Shown here: piece after piece, positions 55,724 through 64,000 of the stretch
Position numbering within the stretch: the stretch's first letter is position 1
Layout: every line of letters begins with the position of its first letter
IMG/VR virus record: IMGVR_UViG_3300020185_000031
Location: 1 to 64,000 of that record
Reading direction: 5' to 3' (one strand)
Source: an uncultured virus (IMG/VR IMGVR_UViG_3300020185_000031)
Lineage: Duplodnaviria; Heunggongvirae; Uroviricota; Caudoviricetes
Length of the DNA stretch: 64,000 nt
Translations under genes and position numbers: made by a program
The notes under the pieces: generated by a model
Databases searched by the model: none
Told to the model about the DNA's origin: nothing
The model's input: only the letters and a program-made list of their open reading frames with translations

Positions 55724-57835
55724 ATGGCACAGTCATCGACATACTTTAGGATTGATAATGATGTACTTTTAGAGTTCATCTACCACGATCAAACAAACCC
55801 CAATAATTACGATATTGAGGTTGACGACAACGGGAGCGAAATCAAAGTACTTGACACGGTTGACGGTAACGCTTTTGTAAAAAGACATTTAATTTCAGAA
55901 TTAGGAGGAGATGTAGTAAATTTTGATGTTACCTATTCTGCTGGATATATTGCAATTGAAAATTTTGCAGCAAGAAAACTATTACTGCAGGTTGGTAAAA
56001 CCTACAAATTTAATATAGGAGACGGGACAGGAAGTACCCTTCCTATAGGTTCTGATTTTAAAATTACCGGAACATTAGGTACTAGTTCATATTCAGTAAT
56101 TGGAGGTAATACTATTCTAACATACAAGCCAAGTTCTACAGGAAGCGTAGAATATTATTATGATAGTAACACAATTTCTTTAAAGGGAGGGGTTGTTAAT
56201 GTTTCAGAAAAAGCAAACCCTTTGTTTGCTAATCCAGATGAAAACACTGGAAATGATATTAACCAAGGTATTGGTAGATTCCATGCGGTGCAGGTATCTG
56301 GAGATAGTACAAAATGGGCGCTTTTAGGATATGATTCTACCGGAGAGTATCAAGTGTTTAATTATATTAACAATAATGCTGGATGGTCCGGTGGAAATGA
56401 GGCTAATCTATTAACATCACAGAGTCTGGCTACAGCAGATATTAACTTTATTAGATATGATTCTATTAGGCTGCATTTAAGAAGTGGGTATAATTTTGCT
56501 AGTAGAGGATATGAAGGATTTCTATTCCAAGTTTTAGCGGATAGAGAAACCGGAATACAGAACAATTTAACGCAGCTTGTTTACTTAAACCAGTCGAACT
56601 ATGAAATTTCTAATCCTAATCCATTTATTCTAGGAGAAACTTTATTTGCTAAGTTTATTGAGATTAAAGTTCCTACAGTTCTTGGTAATCAAAATCCTGA
56701 ATTTAATGATTTTTTCTATGGTGACAACACGCCTGGTTCTTCTGATATAAGCGATACTACAAACTACGGTATTAAGTTTAGTTTAATTGATAGAATTTCT
56801 ACCGAATCTGGCTATGATTACATTCATTTAGGAGAAGAGAATTCTTTTACGGTTTCAAGAGAAGACGAATTCCAAGATTTTACCGCAGTTATTGAAGAAT
56901 CAAGCATTGGGGATTATTTTAATATTTATGGGGAAAGAGACGGAGAGGCAAGCGCGTTTGAGTCATATATACTAAACAGAATTAACACATCTTCTGATGA
57001 TATTATTGTAATGTATGATGTTACTCAATATGAGCAAGTTGGTCTTAATCAAATTAAGACTTACGATACGACGTTTACTCAATCTGAAGATTTTGATACT
57101 CCTATTATTTATAGACCAGTTGTTATAAATAGTAATGTTGCAGTAAACTTCTCAATAGATGTTGTTATGAGGATTTATAATGAGACTGATAATACTCAAA
57201 TCGTAAAAAGAGCTAGTTTAACATATAATAATGCTGTAAAATACGGCAATAGAATACAATCAGTAAACATATCTGGAAATAATACAGTAACTGAAGTATT
57301 CAATACACTACCTAATCTTTCACAAAACAGAAGCGTTAGAGATGTTATTGCTGCATCTGTACCAAGAGCAACAAAATACGTTTCTACATTTATTGAGAGA
57401 CATAACGTAGTTGCAGGGTTTACGCCAATTACATTCGCAGCAACAAGTACTACTGATAACCTAGATGAGGTATCTGAGACTGATCCTTCTCAATTTGTAA
57501 GCGAACGCGAATTGACAATTAATGTTTCTCCATTTACTAATTACTACAAATTTAAAATAGGAAAATTAGAAGGAGATGCGGTAAGCTTAATGGACTTTAG
57601 TTCTTCTGAAAACCTTAGCCTTAACTTTATTAGCGGAGATGTCAGAAAAAAGTTTAATCACATTCCTAATAAAGACGTATTTATGGGATCTGGAGAGGTT
57701 TTATTTAAAATAGATAAAGGAAATATAAGCGAAATTTTAGGAATGTCGGATAAGGTGTTCTATATAGCTATCGACAACGGTAGCGAAGAGACTATGATTA
57801 TTAGTGGTAGTTTCTACGATAAATTTGGTTCATAA
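55724..57835 (+). CDS. Virion structural protein
   Basis: GATAAATA upstream at 55550; YD..RLHL.SGYNF motif; structural context. Confidence 0.55.
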   Translation: MAQSSTYFRIDNDVLLEFIYHDQTNPNNYDIEVDDNGSEIKVLDTVDGNAFVKRHLISELGGDVVNFDVTYSAGYIAIENFAARKLLLQVGKTYKFNIGDGTGSTLPIGSDFKITGTLGTSSYSVIGGNTILTYKPSSTGSVEYYYDSNTISLKGGVVNVSEKANPLFANPDENTGNDINQGIGRFHAVQVSGDSTKWALLGYDSTGEYQVFNYINNNAGWSGGNEANLLTSQSLATADINFIRYDSIRLHLRSGYNFASRGYEGFLFQVLADRETGIQNNLTQLVYLNQSNYEISNPNPFILGETLFAKFIEIKVPTVLGNQNPEFNDFFYGDNTPGSSDISDTTNYGIKFSLIDRISTESGYDYIHLGEENSFTVSREDEFQDFTAVIEESSIGDYFNIYGERDGEASAFESYILNRINTSSDDIIVMYDVTQYEQVGLNQIKTYDTTFTQSEDFDTPIIYRPVVINSNVAVNFSIDVVMRIYNETDNTQIVKRASLTYNNAVKYGNRIQSVNISGNNTVTEVFNTLPNLSQNRSVRDVIAASVPRATKYVSTFIERHNVVAGFTPITFAATSTTDNLDEVSETDPSQFVSERELTINVSPFTNYYKFKIGKLEGDAVSLMDFSSSENLSLNFISGDVRKKFNHIPNKDVFMGSGEVLFKIDKGNISEILGMSDKVFYIAIDNGSEETMIISGSFYDKFGS

Positions 57836-57851
57836 TTATAAATAATAATAG

Positions 57852-58403
57852 ATGATATTAAATAGTAGAAATAATTTATATGATTTTAGGTTTCCTAGAA
57901 ACTTTATACCAGAGGAGGTAGCTGATAAGTATCGAAAATATCTTAATAAGATTCCAGGCAACTTAATGGCCGAACCTATAGATTTTGTTAATTATTCGGT
58001 ACAGGGTATAAATATACCTGGAATTTCTTTTGATCCAACTACTCAAGCAGATAACGATGGTACTACTAGGTATCATAGAGGTGCTGTACCAATTCAAAAT
58101 ACAATTGATAGACAGTTTACGGTAACAATGCAGTTACTTGATGGTTTTATTAATTATTGGATAATGCAAGACACTCTATTATATTATTACGCAAGGTCGA
58201 CTAAGAAGGCTTTTACTGAAGATCTAACCCTTAGAATATTAGACGCAGAAGGTGCTAGTGTTGCATATTTAAAGTTTAATAGCCCAATAATGAATTCAAT
58301 TAATGAACTTACGTTAAATATGAGTGAGAACGTTGCTGATTTTAGTACATATGAAGTTACTTTCTATTACAATAAGTTAGAATTAAAACTAGAAATAGAA
58401 TAA
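57852..58403 (+). CDS. Tail tube-fold protein (gp3/gp19-like)
   Basis: Y.VQ..NIPGI, NY..M, F...F.YN. Exact T4 late consensus TATAAATA at 57837-57844. Confidence 0.6.
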   Translation: MILNSRNNLYDFRFPRNFIPEEVADKYRKYLNKIPGNLMAEPIDFVNYSVQGINIPGISFDPTTQADNDGTTRYHRGAVPIQNTIDRQFTVTMQLLDGFINYWIMQDTLLYYYARSTKKAFTEDLTLRILDAEGASVAYLKFNSPIMNSINELTLNMSENVADFSTYEVTFYYNKLELKLEIE

Positions 58404-58415
58404 AATATATAAATC

Positions 58416-58793
58416 ATGAAAGATATTAAAACATTTAAAGAATACTTAGTAGAACAGCAAATAACTGATGCTGATTTATTAATTTTAACCGAAGGTCTAC
58501 AAGAAGAGTGGACTCCTGAATTAGAAGCTAAAGTAGATGCAGCTATTAATGAATTCGTTAATGAATACTCTGATGAAGACGGTAAGCTTGACGTTAATAA
58601 ATTTAATAATGAGTTAACTAACGAAGGTATTTTAGGTTCTATTTTTGGAGGACTTGCTGGATTTGCTCTCGGTAAATCAGTTGGTAAAATGATTGCCAAA
58701 GTTTTAGGAATTGAAAAAGGAATATTCTACGATTTATTAACTTCTAGACTTGTAGGTGCTGCATTAGGTGCTTCTCTAGGTAAAGGTAGATAA
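58416..58793 (+). CDS. Tagged protein (MKDIKTFKEYLVE) with glycine-zipper hydrophobic C-terminus
   Basis: Tag; GILGSIFGGLAGFALGKSVG and LVGAALGASLG. Confidence 0.7.
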   Translation: MKDIKTFKEYLVEQQITDADLLILTEGLQEEWTPELEAKVDAAINEFVNEYSDEDGKLDVNKFNNELTNEGILGSIFGGLAGFALGKSVGKMIAKVLGIEKGIFYDLLTSRLVGAALGASLGKGR

Positions 58794-59438
58794 ATGAATT
58801 TTTTAGCAGTAGACTTTTCTCTTAATTCTCCAGGGGTATGTTTATATAATGATAAAAGTAAAACATATCATTTTATAGCATATATTAAACCAGGTACTGG
58901 AACTAAAAAAGAGCGCAAACTACAAGAAGAAATATCTCTTCTTAAGGACGTTACTTTAATTTATCAACCAGATTTTAGCAACGATGAATCATATTCTAGT
59001 GCTGAACTCTTAAAGATTAAGAGGTACGATAAAATGGCTGACGATATTATTAATTTAGTTCTCCAGAATTCTTTTACTGGAGACTCTTTTACTGTTGCAT
59101 TTGAAGGTACTAGTTATGGTTCAAAGATGGGTACTAATAATATGATTGATATGGCAGCAGGAGCTGCTATTCTTAAACTCAAGCTCTTAAAAACTCTTAA
59201 ACCCGAAGATCTTCAAACTATAGCTCCTACCTCTATTAAAAAGTTTATTAATAAAGGTAATATGAGTAAATCTGACATTTGGCCGTTTTTCTTAAGTAAT
59301 ACATATTGTAAAAAATCTGCACTAATTTCTTATTGTAATTCAGAGCTAGGTCCGGATATAACTAAGATTCCTAAGCCACTTGATGATTTAGTGGATTCTT
59401 TTTATCTTGTTACTTTATTAAAAGAAGGTATTTCATAG
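58794..59438 (+). CDS. RuvC-like Holliday junction resolvase
   Basis: LAVDFSL.SPG, AFEG.SY, PT.IKK...KGN..K, DDLVDS. Confidence 0.75.
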   Translation: MNFLAVDFSLNSPGVCLYNDKSKTYHFIAYIKPGTGTKKERKLQEEISLLKDVTLIYQPDFSNDESYSSAELLKIKRYDKMADDIINLVLQNSFTGDSFTVAFEGTSYGSKMGTNNMIDMAAGAAILKLKLLKTLKPEDLQTIAPTSIKKFINKGNMSKSDIWPFFLSNTYCKKSALISYCNSELGPDITKIPKPLDDLVDSFYLVTLLKEGIS

Positions 59439-59535
59439 ATATATAGTAGACGCATTCTTCCTAGCAGCTATGATTTCTAGCCCTAAAGACCAACCCCAAA
59501 CCTTGTAACCTTATCTCTCCTTTGGAAACCTAAAG

Positions 59536-59562
59536 TTATATGCATCGTTTCTCCTTTTGTTT
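59536..59562 (-). promoter_or_regulatory. Minus-strand class B-like promoter (AAAC-N17-ATATAA)
   Basis: Reverse complement reads gaaac aaaaggagaaacgatgc atataac. Confidence 0.4.
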
Positions 59563-59596
59563 CAAAATGAATAAAAAAATATGTAAAATATTAGTG

Positions 59597-59623
59597 AAAC
59601 ATACTAATAAGTAGATATATAAT
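59597..59623 (+). promoter_or_regulatory. Class B promoter overlapping late GATATATA
   Basis: AAAC(59597)-N16-ATATAAT(59617-59623); GATATATA 59614-59621. Confidence 0.65.
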
Positions 59624-59752
59624 ATGTATGGTTTTGAAGATATTCTTTAATCTACGGACTCTATTTAATAACAAAAAAGGCCATTGATATGGCATCGCAA
59701 GCCGCGTAGGCATTAACACTAATAGAGATCTTTACAGTAGGACTAACTTTTG

Positions 59753-59779
59753 AAACAAAACCATTTATACTTATATAAT
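59753..59779 (+). promoter_or_regulatory. Class B promoter
   Basis: AAAC(59753)-N16-ATATAAT(59773-59779). Confidence 0.7.
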
Positions 59780-59827
59780 AATAACAATTAACATTTAAAG
59801 TTTAACAAATTAAAGGAAATTAAAGAC

Positions 59828-60739
59828 ATGGCAGATTTTGACATTTTTAACCTGGGAGTAGAAGACGTAGAGACGCATCAGCCCCAAGCAAACTCATCAG
59901 CAACAGTAGTTTACAAACCAACAGCAGATGATGGAAAAGACGGAACTTATAAAGCATTAATACGCTTCGTTCCAAATTCTGAGAATCCAAGAAATTCTCT
60001 TATTCAAAAATACGTTCACTGGTTAACAGATTCGAACGGTAACGGTAAATTGGTAGATTCACCATCTTCAATCGGTGAAAAATGCCCTATTGCAGATGTA
60101 TTTTGGAAACTTCGTAATAGTGATTCAGCAGTTGATAGAAAGGCTTCTGAAAAACTAAAGCGTCGCCAACAGTATTATGCATTAATTAAGATTATCAAAG
60201 ATCCACAAAACCCAGATCTAGATGGTACTTATAAAGTATTTAAATTCGGTTACAAAATTAAAGAAAAGATTGATGCTGAGTTAAAACCAGATTTTGGTGA
60301 GCCAACTCAAGTGTTTGACCTTTTTGAAGGTAAAAACTTCGAGTTAATTATTACTCGACAAGGAGACTATAATAACTATGATAAATCTAAATTCTCTTCT
60401 TCTCGTTCAGCTATCGTATTAGATGGAGAACCTGCAGAAAGAAGCAAAGAAACCATGGTTGCTATAAAGGCCGAATTAGATGAAGCACCTTCTCTAGCAT
60501 CTTATGATTATAAGGCATGGGATGGAGAAACTAGAGAGTTTGTAAATAACATATTGAAGATGTATTTAAACCCAGGAGATGCAATCTCTGAGGTAGCTAT
60601 GCCTTCAAGAACAAATACAGAAAAGAAAGCAGAACCTAAAAAGGAAAAAGTTGCAGAAGCAGCTGGAACCAATGAATCAACGCCTAGTGTAAACACGGAT
60701 GATGATCTAGACTCTTTCTTGAATGACCTCGACATCTAA
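59828..60739 (+). CDS. Single-stranded DNA-binding protein, T4 gp32-like
   Basis: A.IRF.P, H, CP, KR...YY..I.I.KDP.NP...G..KVFKFG.KI, FD..EG.NF, NYD.SKF; acidic DDDLDSFL.DL tail. Confidence 0.9.
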   Translation: MADFDIFNLGVEDVETHQPQANSSATVVYKPTADDGKDGTYKALIRFVPNSENPRNSLIQKYVHWLTDSNGNGKLVDSPSSIGEKCPIADVFWKLRNSDSAVDRKASEKLKRRQQYYALIKIIKDPQNPDLDGTYKVFKFGYKIKEKIDAELKPDFGEPTQVFDLFEGKNFELIITRQGDYNNYDKSKFSSSRSAIVLDGEPAERSKETMVAIKAELDEAPSLASYDYKAWDGETREFVNNILKMYLNPGDAISEVAMPSRTNTEKKAEPKKEKVAEAAGTNESTPSVNTDDDLDSFLNDLDI

Positions 60740-61799
60740 GATACAATTAACAGAAGAGTTAAGACTTAAGATTATGAAAGCGCTGAAGGATGTATGTCTT
60801 TCAGCGCATTCTAATCATAATAAGCAGATGCTACAAGACATGCATGGTAGGATTACTATGGCATGCCCCTACTGTGGTGATTCTTATACCGATGAAACAA
60901 AAAAGAGGGGTAACATGTATTGGGACACTCTACAATACCACTGTTATAATTGCGGACATCACACAGACATTAGAAACCTTCTCAAAGATCACGAGGTTAG
61001 ACTTCCCAGTTCAGAAGATTCATTTACAATAATTGATTATATAAAACACAATAGATCAGTTACAACACAGGCTGATACACTAAAACACTCCGTATTTCAA
61101 AGCGTGAGCGATTTAGCAATTGAAGTTGATGAATTTAAAAAAGGATTTGGCGCTCATAAAATAGAACCTGGAGATTGGATTTGGCTATATTTAAAAGGAA
61201 GATTACTACATAAAAAGAGTGATGAATTCTTATTTAGCCCAAGAGACAATAGACTTTGGATTCTAAACTTTACAAACGATGGTAAGATTATATCTGCGCA
61301 AAGTCGTCGTATGAAAGGAAAAGGAGCAAGATACCTAACATATGATTTACCTAAACTATACGAAGAACTTGGTAAAAAATTAGAACTTTCACAAGAAGAT
61401 CTAGAAAAAATAACTAAGATATCAACGCTATTTGGTATAATGCAAGTAAACTTTCAAAGAAATGTTACCCTATTTGAAGGCCCTATTGATGCCAAGTTTA
61501 TGGTTAACTCGGTTGCTCTCGCAACTGCTGGAAGAAACACTGAAGAGTTTGATGAGATGGCAACGGTACGGTACTTGTTTGATAATGATGATACTGGAAT
61601 AAACAAAATGATACAAAAACTTAAGAAAGGTCGTCCTGTATTTATGTGGTCTAAATTTTTAAAAGAAAATAAATTAGATACATATCATATCAAAGATTTA
61701 AATGAGTTAGTAGTCAAATGTTTTGAGCTTAAAAATCCAGCTCTTGCCAAAATGGACCAATATTTTACTACAAGCAAATTAGATCTATGGTACATTTAG
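60723..61799 (+). CDS. DNA primase, T4 gp61-like
   Basis: CPYCGDS...K.RG...CYNCG Zn finger; TOPRIM EGPID and FDND; KDLNE. Confidence 0.9.
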   Translation: MTSTSKIQLTEELRLKIMKALKDVCLSAHSNHNKQMLQDMHGRITMACPYCGDSYTDETKKRGNMYWDTLQYHCYNCGHHTDIRNLLKDHEVRLPSSEDSFTIIDYIKHNRSVTTQADTLKHSVFQSVSDLAIEVDEFKKGFGAHKIEPGDWIWLYLKGRLLHKKSDEFLFSPRDNRLWILNFTNDGKIISAQSRRMKGKGARYLTYDLPKLYEELGKKLELSQEDLEKITKISTLFGIMQVNFQRNVTLFEGPIDAKFMVNSVALATAGRNTEEFDEMATVRYLFDNDDTGINKMIQKLKKGRPVFMWSKFLKENKLDTYHIKDLNELVVKCFELKNPALAKMDQYFTTSKLDLWYI

Positions 61800-62005
61800 A
61801 AGATATAACAGCAACCGTGGAAAAAGATTTAGACGACTTTTACAAAGACAGAGATAGGTTTAAAGGACTAAAGCTGCTGGTAGGCTTTGAGGCTAATGAT
61901 TATAACTTAGAGGCTCCTGAACTTGAAGTAGGAAAGGCTAAGTTTAAAAAGAAATTAAAGACAAGTACCTTTGTAAAGGGTAAAAAAGGAAGTTCACTAT
62001 TTTAA
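61787..62005 (+). CDS. Hypothetical protein
   Basis: Operonic ORF ending SLF. Confidence 0.6.
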   Translation: MVHLEDITATVEKDLDDFYKDRDRFKGLKLLVGFEANDYNLEAPELEVGKAKFKKKLKTSTFVKGKKGSSLF

Positions 62006-62015
62006 AATACAATTA

Positions 62016-62441
62016 ATGTCAAACAGCGATAAAATTTTAGCACTAGATAAAAAACTAAGTGAGCAACGATCGGTTTGGACTGGTAAAATAGGAGACCTTG
62101 CCAAATCTTTACGATATATCAACGGAATTGAAGACACTATAGCAATGCAACTTTCAAATCGTCAGATTTTAATAGAGCATATCGCATATATTAATGTCAA
62201 GATAAAAGAACAGAAAAGAAAACTAGCTGATAGATATCGTGAAAAGTATCTAGAATACTATAACTTTGATTATAAATTAGGAGAAAGACAGAAAGAACAG
62301 TTCATACAAGCCGATTTGGCGGATGACGGAATCATTCTTTCTCATTTAGAGAACCAATTAGAATTCTTTAAAGAATCGGTAAAAACCCTAGATAATATGG
62401 GATTTGCCATCCGAAACAGGTTAGTAATAAAAGACCTGTAG
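62016..62441 (+). CDS. uvsY: Recombination mediator UvsY-like
   Basis: Helical 141 aa; K..YY..., I.AD, K.LDNMGF.I.N; directly upstream of uvsW. Confidence 0.7.
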   Translation: MSNSDKILALDKKLSEQRSVWTGKIGDLAKSLRYINGIEDTIAMQLSNRQILIEHIAYINVKIKEQKRKLADRYREKYLEYYNFDYKLGERQKEQFIQADLADDGIILSHLENQLEFFKESVKTLDNMGFAIRNRLVIKDL

Positions 62442-62467
62442 ACGTAAATAAAAAAACTGCGCCATGA

Positions 62468-63976
62468 ATGGAGCTCAGTTTAACAGAGAATAAACAATTG
62501 TTGAGAATAGATAGTGCTACTGCGCTAGAACTCGAGCAATTAAATATATCTTTAACAAAGAGAATTGACTCGTGGAGATTTAATCCACTTGTCAAAAGAG
62601 GTGTTTGGGACGGGTATATTTCATATGTAAAAGACGACAAGTGGATTCCTGCCGGCTTATGGAAAGAGGTAATGGACGTATGTAAAGAGTACAAAATAGA
62701 TCTTAAGATCCATGGAATCACTCAATTATTTGATCGTGAAATTAATCAAGAATCATTTCAAAAATGGTCATCAGACTTCTTTAATGATTCAGAAATTAAA
62801 CCAAGAGACTATCAAATTGACGCTGCGTTTAATATATTAAAATTTAGAAAGTGTTTATCAGAATTAGCAACATCTGCTGGTAAGACTTTAATTTCATTTT
62901 TAACAGTTGCATATATATTAGAAAAACAAAAAGCAGAAAAGGTTTTATTTATAGTACCTAATGTTTCTCTTGTAATTCAAGCAAGCGAGGACTTTACTGA
63001 TTACAACTACAAAAATCAAGTCAATATTAAAATACAACAAATTTATTCTGGACAAAAAATTAGAGCAGGTAGGAATGTAGTGATAGGAACATATCAATCG
63101 CTAATTAAAAAACCAACTGAATACTTTGACCAATTTGAAGCTGTTATAATTGATGAAACGCATAAGGCAAAATCACAGTCAATTAAAACTATTCTATCTA
63201 AATGCAAAAACGCAGAATATAGATATGGTCTATCTGGTACTATACCTAAAACAGGAACGCTAGATAGATTAACATTAATGTCGTATACTGGGCCATTAAT
63301 AACTGAGGTAAGTGCAAACTTTTTACAAAATGAAGGGTATATCGCTGGATGTAGAGTAAAAGTAATTGAAATGGATTATGCGACACAAGGAGCAAAAGAT
63401 GCTTTTAAAGAAATGGCTTTCAATAAATATGAAAGCAAAGACGTATTTAAATTCGAGCAAAATTATATTATTAATTCAACCGGACGTCTTAATTTTATTT
63501 GTAATATTATTTCTAGAGTACGTGGCAATAGCCTAGTGCTTTTTCACAGAATTGAACATGGTAAAAAAATATATGATAAACTTAGACAAGATGGTGATAA
63601 GATCATATACTATGTTGATGGAGGTACTGACAAGGATATTAGAGAAGAATATAAAAAGAAAATGGAGCTAGGAGACGAAGTAGTTATCGTAGCGTCTTAT
63701 GGAACTTTTTCTACCGGTATTTCAATTAATAAAATGCATAATATATTTTTCACAGAATCGTTTAAATCAGAAGTTATTATTAGACAATCAATTGGACGTG
63801 GTCTTAGGCAACATGCATCAAAAGACAGTGTTACTATCGTAGATTTTGTAGACGATATATCAAGTCCAGATTGGGATAATTATCTAATTAGACACTCGAA
63901 GGCTAGACAAAAAATATACAATGAACAAAAGTTTAAGTTTGATGTTAAAAAGGTCAAATTTGAAGGAGATATATAA
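62468..63976 (+). CDS. uvsW: UvsW-like SF2 DNA helicase
   Basis: WDG.I, PRDYQ..A, ATSAGKT, DETH, GLSGT, ASYGTFSTGISI, QSIGRGLR. Confidence 0.92.
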   Translation: MELSLTENKQLLRIDSATALELEQLNISLTKRIDSWRFNPLVKRGVWDGYISYVKDDKWIPAGLWKEVMDVCKEYKIDLKIHGITQLFDREINQESFQKWSSDFFNDSEIKPRDYQIDAAFNILKFRKCLSELATSAGKTLISFLTVAYILEKQKAEKVLFIVPNVSLVIQASEDFTDYNYKNQVNIKIQQIYSGQKIRAGRNVVIGTYQSLIKKPTEYFDQFEAVIIDETHKAKSQSIKTILSKCKNAEYRYGLSGTIPKTGTLDRLTLMSYTGPLITEVSANFLQNEGYIAGCRVKVIEMDYATQGAKDAFKEMAFNKYESKDVFKFEQNYIINSTGRLNFICNIISRVRGNSLVLFHRIEHGKKIYDKLRQDGDKIIYYVDGGTDKDIREEYKKKMELGDEVVIVASYGTFSTGISINKMHNIFFTESFKSEVIIRQSIGRGLRQHASKDSVTIVDFVDDISSPDWDNYLIRHSKARQKIYNEQKFKFDVKKVKFEGDI

Positions 63977-64000
63977 AGAGTAAAATACTATAAAAATAAA

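Noticed and set aside
59439..59827. tRNA or known riboswitch in the largest intergenic gap
   Set aside because: I found no cloverleaf, T-loop GTTC motif or recognisable aptamer by eye. I saw no tRNA elsewhere either.
3251..62721. Minus-strand ORFs in the track
   Set aside because: All lie antisense to well-supported + strand genes, have no recognisable motifs, and show antisense-type composition.
1..64000. Stop-codon reassignment as in some jumbo phages
   Set aside because: Code 11 gives long, intact, tightly packed ORFs, and TAG terminates genes at sensible positions.

Overview
This window is an AT-rich, gene-dense segment of a large T4-like (myovirus-type) jumbo phage genome, with essentially all genes on the + strand. 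The host is probably Bacteroidota (Flavobacteria-like). That inference rests on TAnnTTTG-type early promoters and Bacteroidota-like bS21 and bS1. Layout: (1) 3' end of a collagen-repeat tail fibre with a peptidase-S74-type chaperone, followed by a 2OG-Fe(II) oxygenase, a GT4 glycosyltransferase and a COLGALT/GT25-PLOD (lysyl hydroxylase) fusion. (2) Accessory/host-takeover region (exonuclease, DnaJ, bS21, PhoH, RNase HII, HAD phosphatase, GIY-YIG, UvsE). (3) An array of unrelated small proteins sharing an N-terminal MKHIKLFE(Q/E)FI.E tag that resembles the T4 capsid-targeting sequence. (4) dCMP deaminase and a DinG-like helicase. (5) About 35 kb of baseplate/neck/tail genes, with an embedded 4-domain ribosomal protein S1. 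(6) RuvC-like resolvase, gp32 SSB, primase, UvsY and UvsW. Three promoter classes can be read directly from intergenic DNA, and some promoters are nested inside hairpins. The leading candidates for new biology are a phage collagen hydroxylation/glycosylation pathway, the capsid-tagged 'injected payload' cassette array, and paired bS1+bS21 ribosome remodelling. All functional calls come from motif recognition by eye; no searches were run.
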